A stretch of DNA of 64,000 nt from a virus (taxonomy: Duplodnaviria; Heunggongvirae; Uroviricota; Caudoviricetes): the IMG/VR virus record IMGVR_UViG_3300046820_001896, one strand, 5' to 3'. How positions within the stretch are numbered: the stretch's first letter is position 1; the number at the start of each line of letters is the position of its first letter. Below the pieces are notes generated by a model that saw only the letters and a program-made list of their open reading frames with translations, ran no database searches and had not been told where the DNA came from. The translations under genes were made by a program, and so were the position numbers. This document shows positions 14,509-23,813 of the stretch, one piece after another.

Positions 14509-14983
14509 AGCACGTGTTTATCAAGCAGAATTTGTTCAAAAGTTCGAAGACAAGTTCTATTCAGAATTCCCTCAAGTAAAGAGTGGTGGTACATTCCTTT
14601 GGAAAGATGCAGTTAAAGTCATGCGTCAACTTGGTTTGAATCCACGTAACGGTAACGAATATCCGTTTTACTTCTTTACTAACAAAGTTTCGAAAGGCGT
14701 TTACAAAATGCCAACGAAACCAGCATTGATCGCTGGTACACCTGCAGCAACTGCAGCAAGCATCGTTAAATCGAAGCAACCAAAGGTAGCGAAGACGCCT
14801 AAAGCGACAGTAGCTCGCGTGTCCGCACCGAAAGTCACCACAGCTGTGACACGTATTAAGAAGTCAGATAAGTCCGATTCAGATATCGGCACTGGTGGAT
14901 TCGACAACGATGTATCATTCGATGACGTAGCATCTCTGCGCGGCGAATTTGGTCTCGGCGAATTCCGTAACACACTAGACTAA
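14498..14983 (+). CDS. hypothetical protein (161 aa)
   Basis: RBS ggag. 11-nt overlap with the mini-ORF upstream. Confidence 0.65.
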   Translation: MGRKARVYQAEFVQKFEDKFYSEFPQVKSGGTFLWKDAVKVMRQLGLNPRNGNEYPFYFFTNKVSKGVYKMPTKPALIAGTPAATAASIVKSKQPKVAKTPKATVARVSAPKVTTAVTRIKKSDKSDSDIGTGGFDNDVSFDDVASLRGEFGLGEFRNTLD

Positions 14984-15082
14984 GCTCCTTTCCTTTCGCT
15001 TAGACTGACCACCACATTCGGGAGAATCTGGCTATATAGGTCGCCGCATTAGAGTAAGCGGCTCCATTTATTGAAAGGCTAT

Positions 15083-15259
15083 ATGATTAGACTTTGGTTG
15101 GCATTTTTCGTAATATTTTTTCTGTTTTATGTTGGTATTCCTACATTCCATAAACTCACTGGTCGTGAGAAGTGGGCTGTAACGAAGATCGCATTGTACA
15201 GTTTTGTGTGCTCTTTGCTTGCAATCGGCGCAATGATTTTGATCGTGATTTTATTTTAA
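15083..15259 (+). CDS. small two-TM membrane protein (58 aa)
   Basis: ATG at 15083 with RBS aaagg (the ORF track uses TTG at 15071). MIRLWLAFFVIFFLFYVGIP... Confidence 0.5.
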   Translation: MIRLWLAFFVIFFLFYVGIPTFHKLTGREKWAVTKIALYSFVCSLLAIGAMILIVILF

Positions 15260-15267
15260 GGATTTAT

Positions 15268-16065
15268 ATGAAGACATCTATGAAACTCTTGGCTATCGCA
15301 ATGGCCGTCGCTGCACTCCCAGCATGTACACGTATTGAGACTGGCGAAGTCGGTGTACGAGTTGGTTTCGATAAACAAGTTCAACAAGGCGAACTCTTGC
15401 CTGGTTCGTTCAATCAAGTGTTGATTGGTGATGTGCTTACATTCCCAATCAAAGATGTGAACGTTAAGCTCGAAGATATGACACCTGTTGCAAAAGACAA
15501 TAGCACAATGAAAGACTTCGATGCTGTTGTAATCTATAACATCAATCAAGCACAAGTCGCTGAGCTCTATAGCCAAAAGAGTCAAGCATTCCACGCTCGT
15601 CATAACGGCGACATCTATCTGATGTACAACTATATCGTTCAAACTACTCGTAATGCTATTTACAAAGAAGCACGTAAATACGAAGCATTAGACATGGCTG
15701 ACAATCGTCAAGCAATGGAACAAGCAATCAAAGAACAGATCCAGAAATCACTCGCTGAAGAAAAGCTTGATGGTAGTTTGATGATCGGTCAAGTGTTGAT
15801 TCGTAACATCGTTCCTGCTGATTCAGTCGTTGAGAGTGCAAACGCATTGGTTCGTGCAAAGAACGAACTAAAGCAAAAAGAAGTTGAAGTGCGTACAGCT
15901 AAAATGGAAGCTGAACGTATGCAAGCATTGTCCAATCAAGGTGCAAGTTCTATCGCATACATGAATGCTCAAGCTGCATTGAACATCTCTGAAGGTATTA
16001 AGAACGGTAAAGTGCAAACCATCGTTGTACCTAGCAACATGACTGGCTTGATGATTGGAAAATGA
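15268..16065 (+). CDS. SPFH/band-7 (prohibitin-like) domain lipoprotein
   Basis: The ATG at 15268 (RBS aagga) gives MKTSMKLLAIAMAVAALPAC with the lipobox LPAC. TGEVGVRVGFDK...PGSFNQVL and a long Ala/Glu-rich C-terminal helix are typical of SPFH proteins. Confidence 0.7.
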   Translation: MKTSMKLLAIAMAVAALPACTRIETGEVGVRVGFDKQVQQGELLPGSFNQVLIGDVLTFPIKDVNVKLEDMTPVAKDNSTMKDFDAVVIYNINQAQVAELYSQKSQAFHARHNGDIYLMYNYIVQTTRNAIYKEARKYEALDMADNRQAMEQAIKEQIQKSLAEEKLDGSLMIGQVLIRNIVPADSVVESANALVRAKNELKQKEVEVRTAKMEAERMQALSNQGASSIAYMNAQAALNISEGIKNGKVQTIVVPSNMTGLMIGK

Positions 16066-16310
16066 TGATTATTAATAAAGATACACTCCGCAAAGAACTT
16101 AAAGAAGGTGTGAAAACGATCACCTTCACTAAGACTGATGGCACTCAACGTGTATTGAAGTGCACTCTACAAGAATTTGTGTTGCCACAAGTAGATGCTA
16201 CTAAATTAGTAACTGCCAAAAAGCAGAACGATGAAGCACTTGCAGTGTGGGACATTGAGAACGCAGGGTGGAGATCATTTAGGTATGATTCAATCATCAG
16301 CGTCGTATAA
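16062..16310 (+). CDS. conserved phage small protein (82 aa)
   Basis: ATGA overlap. ITFTKTDGTQRVLKCTL...WDIENAGWRSFRYDSI resembles a common phage small-protein family (from memory). Confidence 0.6.
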   Translation: MMIINKDTLRKELKEGVKTITFTKTDGTQRVLKCTLQEFVLPQVDATKLVTAKKQNDEALAVWDIENAGWRSFRYDSIISVV

Positions 16311-17046
16311 AGCTTTTGTCATTCATAAAGAAGATCAAGAGATAAGCAGTAAACTTGCTCAGGCTTGTGTAAACACGGGTAAAAAATTTGGTATACATGT
16401 TGAGAAGGTCAATGGACTATATCAACAAACTGCACAAGAATTTTTAGCTCATCACAACCTAAGACCTTATTTAGAGAATGGCAAAGAGACTCTACTAACA
16501 AAACAATTCCCACGAAAGGGTGTTTTGGCGAGTCATTATATGATGTGGTTGAAGTGTGCAGAGTTGGACGAACCAATCATCATCTTAGAACATGATGCTT
16601 TCTTTGTTCGACCTCTGCCAGAGGTTCATGGAAAGTTTACAGACTTTCTATCGCTTGATCCTCACACGAATGATCCTACTCAAGACACAGCTGAGTCACG
16701 TGCCACTTTCATAATGAATCCTAAATTATATGGAGAAAAAGTTATGAAAGATGGACCACAGACGATCGAACGTTTCTATGGTTATGGTAATTATACAGAT
16801 GAAATTAACTTCGAGCAGTTGAGGAATAGGTTCATTCGTGGTTCTCATGGATATATCATTACACCTGATGCATGTAAAAAACTTTTTAAAGTGATTGAAG
16901 AAATTGGTTATGTTACTAGTGATGTACAACTCAATTCATTATTCATAGAGATGTACATACTACAACCAAACGTAGTGCGAGTTAATGATTTTTTCTGCAA
17001 TACTTTTAATCATCAACGATATTCACATTGTAGTACCACAGTATAA
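16285..17046 (+). CDS. glycosyltransferase family 25-like protein
   Basis: YKAFVIHKEDQEIS... start and IILEHDAFF match the GT25 pattern (VINL...R, LEDD). I prefer the ATG at 16285 over 16231, which lies deep in the upstream gene. Confidence 0.55.
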   Translation: MIQSSASYKAFVIHKEDQEISSKLAQACVNTGKKFGIHVEKVNGLYQQTAQEFLAHHNLRPYLENGKETLLTKQFPRKGVLASHYMMWLKCAELDEPIIILEHDAFFVRPLPEVHGKFTDFLSLDPHTNDPTQDTAESRATFIMNPKLYGEKVMKDGPQTIERFYGYGNYTDEINFEQLRNRFIRGSHGYIITPDACKKLFKVIEEIGYVTSDVQLNSLFIEMYILQPNVVRVNDFFCNTFNHQRYSHCSTTV

Positions 17047-17048
17047 GC

Positions 17049-17078
17049 ATGTACTGCAGGAAATTAATGTGGTATAAT
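17049..17078 (+). promoter_or_regulatory. early-type promoter, copy 5 (-35 variant TGTACT)
   Basis: atgtact 17049-17055, N17, tgtggtataat ending at 17078. Confidence 0.6.
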
Positions 17079-17097
17079 AATACAATGAGGAGAAAAT

Positions 17098-18294
17098 ATG
17101 GCAACAGTAAAGATTAATGGTAAGGCTTTCAAGCCACCAAAAAAGCGTATCACAAACCCATTGATGGTTGATGAGAAGTACACTGGAGAGGAACCGATCT
17201 TTGCTGGTGTCGAATTCAAAGACGAGACTCATCGCAAAGTCTCGTTAATGAGAGCTTTTAATTATTACAACTACTTCAATAGCGGTAAACACTTTAAGAA
17301 AGACTTGATTAAATATGCTAAAGACGAACTTAAATTCAGTAAAGACAAGCTTGAATTGTTGGATAGCTCGCCTGATTGGACTGCTGAACTACAATCTGGA
17401 GCTCTTTTGCGTATGCGTAGTCGCGGTCTTGTTCTTCGCGATGCAGAGTTTAAATACATAAACAACGTTCTCGAAAAAATGATGCTTGCGACTACACGCA
17501 AGATCAAAGAAGATGCTGTTGAAGATGCAAAAGATGCAGCAAACGGTCATGTTAAACGTGAAGTCATATCAGTACAAGAACGTCTTCGAATGAAAGTGGA
17601 TGCAACTGTATTAGGCGATCTCGAAGACATGCTCGATCAATGGATTATGGGAGAATCACCATTCATTGATGTATACGAAGCAATGAAAGCAGCCATTTTA
17701 CCTGCAATGGCATCTAAACATATCATTGATTGGTCTCAAAGGCATCTTGTGGAGATTCAAGGTGCTATAAATAAGACAGATCCTCAGTTAGTTGAGGGTT
17801 ATTCTCATCTTACATTAAAACGTAAGAAAGAATTTGCATCATGGTTCGAGGGTATTATTGCAGATGCTCAGCGTTTTGGTACTAACACTAAGACTGTCCG
17901 CAAAGCCCGTACGAAAAAACCTGTATCTCTCGAGAAACAAGTCTCGAAGCTCAAATACTTGAAGGAGTCGCCCGAGCATAAATTAGTTTCGATCAATCCG
18001 TCTCTGATAATCGGTGCCACAGAGTTGTGGACTTACAATGTTAAGTACAAATCTCTAACGCGCTATATCGCTGAGTCAGGTCTTGGGTTTGAAATCAAGG
18101 GCACTTCCCTTATCAAGTTTAATACTTCCGAATCCCAAACACGTACACTACGTAAGCCTGAAGAAACGTTATCAGAGGTGCTGTCGTCTTCAAAAACGAA
18201 AGCAGCCAAACTTTTTGCTTCACTTACTACGAAGCCTAAAGAACCAAATGGACGGATCAACGAAGATACGATCATTTTAAAGGTAACTAAATGA
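17098..18294 (+). CDS. hypothetical protein (398 aa)
   Basis: RBS gaggag, long ORF. Confidence 0.7.
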   Translation: MATVKINGKAFKPPKKRITNPLMVDEKYTGEEPIFAGVEFKDETHRKVSLMRAFNYYNYFNSGKHFKKDLIKYAKDELKFSKDKLELLDSSPDWTAELQSGALLRMRSRGLVLRDAEFKYINNVLEKMMLATTRKIKEDAVEDAKDAANGHVKREVISVQERLRMKVDATVLGDLEDMLDQWIMGESPFIDVYEAMKAAILPAMASKHIIDWSQRHLVEIQGAINKTDPQLVEGYSHLTLKRKKEFASWFEGIIADAQRFGTNTKTVRKARTKKPVSLEKQVSKLKYLKESPEHKLVSINPSLIIGATELWTYNVKYKSLTRYIAESGLGFEIKGTSLIKFNTSESQTRTLRKPEETLSEVLSSSKTKAAKLFASLTTKPKEPNGRINEDTIILKVTK

Positions 18295-18821
18295 CAGAAA
18301 TATTAATCGCGATCACTACATGGATATCGGCGTTGGTAAACCCGATTCCATTAAATGAGCAAGATGTATATTGTCTAACACGTAACGCATACTACGAAGC
18401 GAAAGGGGATTCGCAGATGTCACAGATCGCTGTGACACACGTAGTTTTAAATCGCATGAAAGATCCAGGTTTTCCTAAGAGTGCCTGCGATGTAGTCTAT
18501 CAAAAGACTAAACACGAAGCAAAGACTACATGTCAGTTTTCGTGGACATGCGATCGCCGATTAATGGGTCAACTTGCACCGCAAGAATCCGATATTTGGC
18601 AAGATTCTTTAGAATCAGTTCGTCAAGCACTAAAGATGTATTATCATCGCAATGTTGACGTAACACAAGGATCTACATTTTATCATGCGCACTATGTCAA
18701 TCCACAATGGAGAGGCGTAGAACGAGTAACAACAATTGGTAGCCACATATATTATAAGGTAAATGAAAAATGTCAGAACAACCAGAAGGCATGTTCACAA
18801 AAAAGTCGTTCAGCGATTTAG
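18291..18821 (+). CDS. SleB-like cell-wall hydrolase
   Basis: CLTRNAYYEAKGDSQMSQIAVTHVVLNRMKDPGFPKSACDVVYQ...QFSW is the conserved core of the SleB / Hydrolase_2 family. Confidence 0.7.
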   Translation: MTEILIAITTWISALVNPIPLNEQDVYCLTRNAYYEAKGDSQMSQIAVTHVVLNRMKDPGFPKSACDVVYQKTKHEAKTTCQFSWTCDRRLMGQLAPQESDIWQDSLESVRQALKMYYHRNVDVTQGSTFYHAHYVNPQWRGVERVTTIGSHIYYKVNEKCQNNQKACSQKSRSAI

Positions 18822-19006
18822 TTCAAGAACGAGTTAAGAAGGATCGATCAACATACCTCGATGCAATCATGGATATTTGCAAAGAGCGTATGTTAGATCC
18901 AGAAGACGTGGCAAAAATGTTGAGTAATCCTATTAAAGCCAAACTCGAGGCTGAAGGGATGAATCTTGGTTATTTAAAGAAAAAGAATGAGTTACAGTTC
19001 GATTGA
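18770..19006 (+). CDS. hypothetical protein (78 aa)
   Basis: RBS aaggt. 52-nt overlap with the upstream gene. Confidence 0.5.
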   Translation: MSEQPEGMFTKKSFSDLVQERVKKDRSTYLDAIMDICKERMLDPEDVAKMLSNPIKAKLEAEGMNLGYLKKKNELQFD

Positions 19007-19607
19007 TGGCTTCACAGCATACCAAAAGTATATTGCAATTAAGTTGCACTTTGAATCAAAGACGTATGACTATTTCAAATACAATGGTAAATCGAGCGTA
19101 ACTCCTAAATCATTCTTTGCTCGTAGAGATAAGTACTTCTTTGCGAAACTAGTGAGGACGTATGGCATCGACGAGTTACCATACTTTTTTGCTTGTAACT
19201 TTGCACATCATGGTACGAAGTGGGTTGGTGGATTAACTGACGATCAAGCTGATGAGACGTATAAGTCTTATAAAAGTTTGTTAGAAAGTTTCACATATCG
19301 CTTCAAAAATGATATAGATAAAATTATATCGGTGAACGACTTCAAAAGTTTGTTTGTGGTAGAGGATGGACAACATCCTAAACTCGTTAAGATGTTAATT
19401 CAAAACGAGATACCACTCGAGACCTTTGTTGTCCTTAATCGATACATAGACTTCATGCCGAAGTTCGACAAAGAGATAACAGATCCCATCATGTGGCCTG
19501 ATATCTCGCTGAAGATCAGAAAGTATGATAAGTTTATTTCGGTGAATAACAAAAAAGTCGCAGAGGCGTTAAAAGATTGTTTACAATCGAATGCCGTTGT
19601 GGTATAA
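18987..19607 (+). CDS. gp59: T4 gp59-like helicase loader
   Basis: RRDKYFFAKL (T4 gp59 RRDKYFFQKL) and IPLETFVVLN (T4 ISFETFILLD), similar length, located immediately upstream of the gp32 homologue as in T4. Confidence 0.75.
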   Translation: MSYSSIDGFTAYQKYIAIKLHFESKTYDYFKYNGKSSVTPKSFFARRDKYFFAKLVRTYGIDELPYFFACNFAHHGTKWVGGLTDDQADETYKSYKSLLESFTYRFKNDIDKIISVNDFKSLFVVEDGQHPKLVKMLIQNEIPLETFVVLNRYIDFMPKFDKEITDPIMWPDISLKIRKYDKFISVNNKKVAEALKDCLQSNAVVV

Positions 19608-19608
19608 T
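19580..19608 (+). promoter_or_regulatory. early-type promoter, copy 6 (-35 variant TTTACA)
   Basis: tttaca 19580-19585, N17, tgtggtataat ending at 19608, inside the 3' end of gp59. Confidence 0.55.
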
Positions 19609-19653
19609 AGTTATTCCATACAATGTTAAACACTGCTATATAAGGAACATAAT

Positions 19654-20550
19654 ATGTCATTAGCAAATCTCAAAGCAAATCGCGTTTCAGCGATCAACAA
19701 ACTAGTTGCAGCAGCCGAAAAAGTCGGCGGTGGTCAGCAACAATCTTTCGAAGACAATCGCATGTGGAAACCTGAGGTCGACAAAGCTGGTAACGGTTTT
19801 GCGGTCATTCGTTTCTTGCCAGCACCCGAAGGTGATGATTATCCATGGACTCGTTATTGGGACCACGGTTTTCAAGGTCCTGGTGGTTGGTACATCGAAA
19901 AGTCTTTGACTTCCATCGGTGGTCAAGATCCAGTTTCTGAAATCAACTCTAAACTATGGAATAGTGGTTTAGAATCTGATAAGGATATCGCACGTAAACA
20001 GAAGCGTCGTCTTCACTACGTATCGAACATCCTCGTTGTTTCAGATCCAGCTCATCCCGAAAATGAAGGTAAAGTATTCCTCTTCCAATATGGTAAGAAG
20101 ATCTATGACAAGATGATGGATGTTATGCAACCACAATTCCAAGACGAAACACCGGTTAATCCTTTCGATCTATGGGAAGGTGCAAACTTTAAGTTGAAGA
20201 TTCGCAACGTTGAAGGTTATCGTAACTATGACAAATCAGAGTTCGATAAGCAAAGCGCTGTTGCAAATGGCGATGAAGAAGAACTTGAAGCAATCTATTC
20301 TAAGTGCTACTCACTCAAAGAGTTCACTGATCCTAAGACTTACAAAACTTATGATGAATTGAAAGCAAAGCTCGAGCGTGTATTGGGTGGTTCCGCACCA
20401 CGTACTACTGCTGAGTCCATCACTCTTGATGAATCAGCTACTGCACCATCAGTTGGTAAGACTAAGTTCGCACCAGTTGAAGCATCAGATGACGAAGCAG
20501 GTGACGACGAAACTTTGTCATACTTCTCACGTCTAGCTAAAGAAGCTTAA
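19654..20550 (+). CDS. gp32: T4 gp32-like single-stranded DNA-binding protein
   Basis: Long colinear similarity to T4 gp32: [12 protein letters not shown] (AGNGQAVIRFLP), WYIE, [29 protein letters not shown] ([29 protein letters not shown]), WEGANFKLK, acidic C-terminus. Confidence 0.92.
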   Translation: [298 protein letters not shown]

Positions 20551-20559
20551 TTGAGTTAT

Positions 20560-20586
20560 GGGTGGGGGAAACTCCACCCATTTTAT
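20560..20586 (+). terminator. rho-independent terminator after gp32
   Basis: gggtgg-gggaaact-ccaccc followed by attttat. Confidence 0.55.
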
Positions 20587-20589
20587 ACT

Positions 20590-21003
20590 ATGAATGAACA
20601 CGACGAATTTTTCCCCTTCGAAATCAACCACGATATGATTATGCGCGCCGATATGATGACGTGCACACATGACTGTGTCCGTATGATTCAGAAGAACGAA
20701 TACCTAACTGTAGGTGAATACTTACAGAGCATTACAACAAGTCAACTCGACGAGATGCTAGATGTTGCAGAGAATGAAGACAATCCAAAGATGGAGGAAT
20801 TCCTTCTTATTGCAGAGATGCTAGCACGAGCAGAAGGTTTAGAAGGATCAGAGGATTTTGATGTACTTCATAAACGACTAAATATTTTCCTTGCATTGAT
20901 TGCAATTGAGAGTCTCTATCGTAGAGGTATGATTAGAATCTATCGCGAGAATATGTCATTCGGCGATGATATGAATACGAAGAAAATAGCAGAGAAGTTG
21001 TAA
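20590..21003 (+). CDS. hypothetical acidic protein (137 aa)
   Basis: I prefer the ATG at 20590. The ORF-track TTG start at 20551 would run through the terminator hairpin. Confidence 0.6.
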   Translation: MNEHDEFFPFEINHDMIMRADMMTCTHDCVRMIQKNEYLTVGEYLQSITTSQLDEMLDVAENEDNPKMEEFLLIAEMLARAEGLEGSEDFDVLHKRLNIFLALIAIESLYRRGMIRIYRENMSFGDDMNTKKIAEKL

Positions 21004-21318
21004 ATGGCTGGTGTTTACAAGCAAAAAGAATGTAAGCAGTGCGGAGAGGTTCACAGAAAACGTGGACCTTTTTGCTCTCAAGCTTGTTCTAATTCTTTTC
21101 GTGAAGTAGGCATAAAGACAAAGCTATTGCATTCTCATAATGCTAAAGAATGGAAGAAAACACCCGAAGGTGTAGCGAGTACAAAGAAGTTTGCGCGTGA
21201 TATTGAGACTCATAAGAAGAATGAGGAACGTAGAGCAAACGGTGAATATGTATTACAAGAAGATGATTGGTATGTGCTACCACCATCTGATTATGATGAC
21301 GATGGTATTGAACTATGA
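21004..21318 (+). CDS. hypothetical zinc-ribbon protein (104 aa)
   Basis: CKQCGEVH...CSQACSN Cys cluster. Abuts the upstream stop. Confidence 0.6.
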   Translation: MAGVYKQKECKQCGEVHRKRGPFCSQACSNSFREVGIKTKLLHSHNAKEWKKTPEGVASTKKFARDIETHKKNEERRANGEYVLQEDDWYVLPPSDYDDDGIEL

Positions 21319-21509
21319 CAAACAGAGATAAACAAAAAGCAAGATGTGAGTTGATGGTTGAAGCATTAGTTGGTAAAGAAATGGCACCAAAATGGTGGGC
21401 ATCTCCAAATAAAGCATTTAAAGATCAAACACCATTCGTTGCTTTTGAATTAAATTCAGATGAAGTGCATGATTATTTGGCATGGCATTGTTACGGAGGA
21501 TTCGCATAA
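21315..21509 (+). CDS. hypothetical protein (64 aa)
   Basis: ATGA overlap. Confidence 0.55.
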   Translation: MTNRDKQKARCELMVEALVGKEMAPKWWASPNKAFKDQTPFVAFELNSDEVHDYLAWHCYGGFA

Positions 21510-21673
21510 TGGTACCATGGATTGATGTGATTAATTTTTTAGGATTTAACATCTCATACGTAAAAAGTGATCGTATGTGGAATTGGGGTTTCCACATAGG
21601 ATGGGCATATAAACGATTTAATATTTCGTTAAATATAAATCCCACAATTAAAGATGATTATGGGTTGTCATGA
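21509..21673 (+). CDS. hypothetical Trp-rich protein (54 aa)
   Basis: TAATG overlap at 21509. The ORF-track start at 21482 overlaps the upstream gene. Confidence 0.4.
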   Translation: MVPWIDVINFLGFNISYVKSDRMWNWGFHIGWAYKRFNISLNINPTIKDDYGLS

Positions 21674-21921
21674 TGTATGTAATAGCAGGAACTTATGAAG
21701 AATATAATAATTTCATAAAAGGTAGAAATTACAACACTAGTGAATATAAGTATGTTACCAACGCAAATAGTTTGCGAGGTGTGACAGATCCCCATGGTTT
21801 TTTTGTGGGAACTTGGGAGAAAAGACTCGATCGTGATGATATTCTCTCTCAATTGTGGATGTGTACACGTACACGAAATCCTTTACTCGACGATATCATC
21901 GAAGAAGTCGATAAAGGTTAA
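21670..21921 (+). CDS. hypothetical protein (83 aa)
   Basis: ATGA overlap. Confidence 0.55.
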   Translation: MMYVIAGTYEEYNNFIKGRNYNTSEYKYVTNANSLRGVTDPHGFFVGTWEKRLDRDDILSQLWMCTRTRNPLLDDIIEEVDKG

Positions 21922-21936
21922 TTAAAGGAAATAAAA

Positions 21937-22518
21937 ATGAATGTATATATTTTGTTAGATCGTAGTGGCTCAATGCAAACCATGTGGGGAGAAGCATTAG
22001 GTTCAATCAATGGTTATGTTAAGAAGTTAAACAAAAAAGATAAAGTGCACTTAGCCGTATTTGATAGCGTATCGCATGATGTAGTACGTGATTGCACAGT
22101 TGAGAAGTGGAAAGATATCAACACTGAAGAAGTATCTCCAAGAGGTGGTACACCATTATATGACTCATGCGGCAAAGTCATGTCATTGGCTGAAGAAGCA
22201 GACGCACGTAAAACATTAATGGTTGTAATGACTGATGGATTTGAGAACGCATCACATGAGTATACACAAGCAGCGATCAAAGCTAAAGTAGAATCATGGA
22301 CTGATAAGAAATGGGAAGTAGTATTCCTTGGTGCAAACTTTGATGCAGTTGAATCCGTATCGAACTCTATCGGTGTAGTTGGTTCTAAGACATTGAACTA
22401 TGGTGTCGGTAATTTTGCTCGCGGTATGGATACATTGATGGCATCTACTATGGCATACGCTAGTGGTGCATCAATCAACTTTAGCGACGCAGATAAGCAA
22501 GCAGCAGCAGGAAAATAA
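21937..22518 (+). CDS. von Willebrand factor A (vWA) domain protein
   Basis: ILLDRSGSM (DxSxS MIDAS motif) ... GGTPLYDS ... VVMTDGFEN. Confidence 0.75.
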   Translation: MNVYILLDRSGSMQTMWGEALGSINGYVKKLNKKDKVHLAVFDSVSHDVVRDCTVEKWKDINTEEVSPRGGTPLYDSCGKVMSLAEEADARKTLMVVMTDGFENASHEYTQAAIKAKVESWTDKKWEVVFLGANFDAVESVSNSIGVVGSKTLNYGVGNFARGMDTLMASTMAYASGASINFSDADKQAAAGK

Positions 22519-22539
22519 CTCGCAACGCAATTACATGCA

Positions 22540-22562
22540 GCCACCTTCGGGTGGCTTTTTTA
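22540..22562 (+). terminator. rho-independent terminator
   Basis: gccacc-ttcg-ggtggc followed by T6. Confidence 0.8.
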
Positions 22563-22565
22563 TTG

Positions 22566-22595
22566 GTGTACAGCAGAGAATAAATGTGGTATAAT
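22566..22595 (+). promoter_or_regulatory. early-type promoter, copy 7
   Basis: tgtaca 22567-22572, N17, tgtggtataat ending at 22595. Confidence 0.65.
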
Positions 22596-22626
22596 ATACC
22601 CATAACTGCAATTTTTAAGGATTACA

Positions 22627-22938
22627 ATGAGTGAATATACACCCGATCGATGGGTTTTGGTTGAATTGACTGTCACAGAGACAGGTGAGACACACACGAA
22701 AGTGTTTGCTGGTTGGTACGGCGGATACGGTGGTGCAGACTCATGGAAATTATCTTCGGGTGTTGTGAACACTGAAGATCGTGATGACTATTATGAATTC
22801 ACCAATCATAGTGGATCTGTCTATCGATGCTATAAGAATGCACAAGGAATGGGTGCATATATGAGTAGCGTTTACAGCGGTTTCCAACGTGATGCTGAGA
22901 AGACCGGTAAGTTTACCATGAATGTATTGAACATGTAA
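22627..22938 (+). CDS. hypothetical protein (103 aa)
   Basis: RBS aagga. Confidence 0.6.
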   Translation: MSEYTPDRWVLVELTVTETGETHTKVFAGWYGGYGGADSWKLSSGVVNTEDRDDYYEFTNHSGSVYRCYKNAQGMGAYMSSVYSGFQRDAEKTGKFTMNVLNM

Positions 22939-22939
22939 T

Positions 22940-23221
22940 ATGTTGACACTATTTAAAACTGTTACAGAAGATGAAGCACGACCAGTGCCTCAAGAATCTC
23001 TTGATGAGATACTCATAGAACTATTAAATTATGGACAACCACGAATTGGTGTCTATGGTAGTGATATGAAATGGCATTGTAACGTTGAAATGAATACTAA
23101 CACAATCGGATCAGATTTTAAAGTACGTTCAGAATGGAATCATGCAACTCCGATTGAAGCAGCAAAAATATGCAGAGATCGTGTAGTGAAAGCAGTAGCA
23201 ATCTATAAGGAAATCAAATGA
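22940..23221 (+). CDS. hypothetical protein (93 aa)
   Basis: Starts 1 nt after the upstream stop. Confidence 0.55.
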   Translation: MLTLFKTVTEDEARPVPQESLDEILIELLNYGQPRIGVYGSDMKWHCNVEMNTNTIGSDFKVRSEWNHATPIEAAKICRDRVVKAVAIYKEIK

Positions 23222-23469
23222 TTTTAGATTATGAGAATCGTATCTATCTGAGCAAGCGCAACTTGCTGACCCTTCTATCCAAACTCGAGCGATTCGAGAA
23301 AGGTGAGGAGACTAAGTGTACGATCATTAAGAATGCCAATCCATTAGATCCATATTGTCAAACCATTGACGAGATCGCAGTCATTGCCATTCCCGATGAA
23401 CACTACTATACAAAGAGAAGTGCTGGACCTATGCACCCATCAGATGAAGCAAACATTAAAGGTAAGTGA
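23218..23469 (+). CDS. hypothetical protein (83 aa)
   Basis: ATGA overlap. Confidence 0.55.
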   Translation: MILDYENRIYLSKRNLLTLLSKLERFEKGEETKCTIIKNANPLDPYCQTIDEIAVIAIPDEHYYTKRSAGPMHPSDEANIKGK

Positions 23470-23813
23470 TGTTACAATACTCTGAAGAATACGATGCGTA
23501 TTATGACGACCAAACCAATGAATGGGTTGATAGTCGGTGTTGTGATCCCGCATGTGAATATTGTAGCAATAGACCAAAGAAACCTATGCATGAGACAAAC
23601 ACTGACAATCCTATTGATTTCCCACCTGTAAAGAATGATCTCGTATATCGGCTAAACAAACGAGCTGAGATTCGCCGTCAAATCACCACACGAAAATCAG
23701 TACAGGAAGGTGCACCTGATAGGATTGCAGACCTATTAGAGGAAGCAGCACAGAGGATCGCCATCCTCGAGAAGAACATTGCTATGATGAAGGAAGAAAA
23801 CAATGGAAAATGA
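23466..23813 (+). CDS. hypothetical protein (115 aa)
   Basis: ATGA overlap. Confidence 0.55.
   Translation: MMLQYSEEYDAYYDDQTNEWVDSRCCDPACEYCSNRPKKPMHETNTDNPIDFPPVKNDLVYRLNKRAEIRRQITTRKSVQEGAPDRIADLLEEAAQRIAILEKNIAMMKEENNGK

Noticed and set aside
15172-15267. Upstream extension of the SPFH gene (15172 start) and of the GT25-like gene (16231 start)
   Set aside because: Both extensions overlap the preceding genes extensively. For the SPFH gene the internal ATG has an RBS and produces a clean lipoprotein signal peptide. For the GT25-like gene the preference rests mainly on avoiding the deep overlap.
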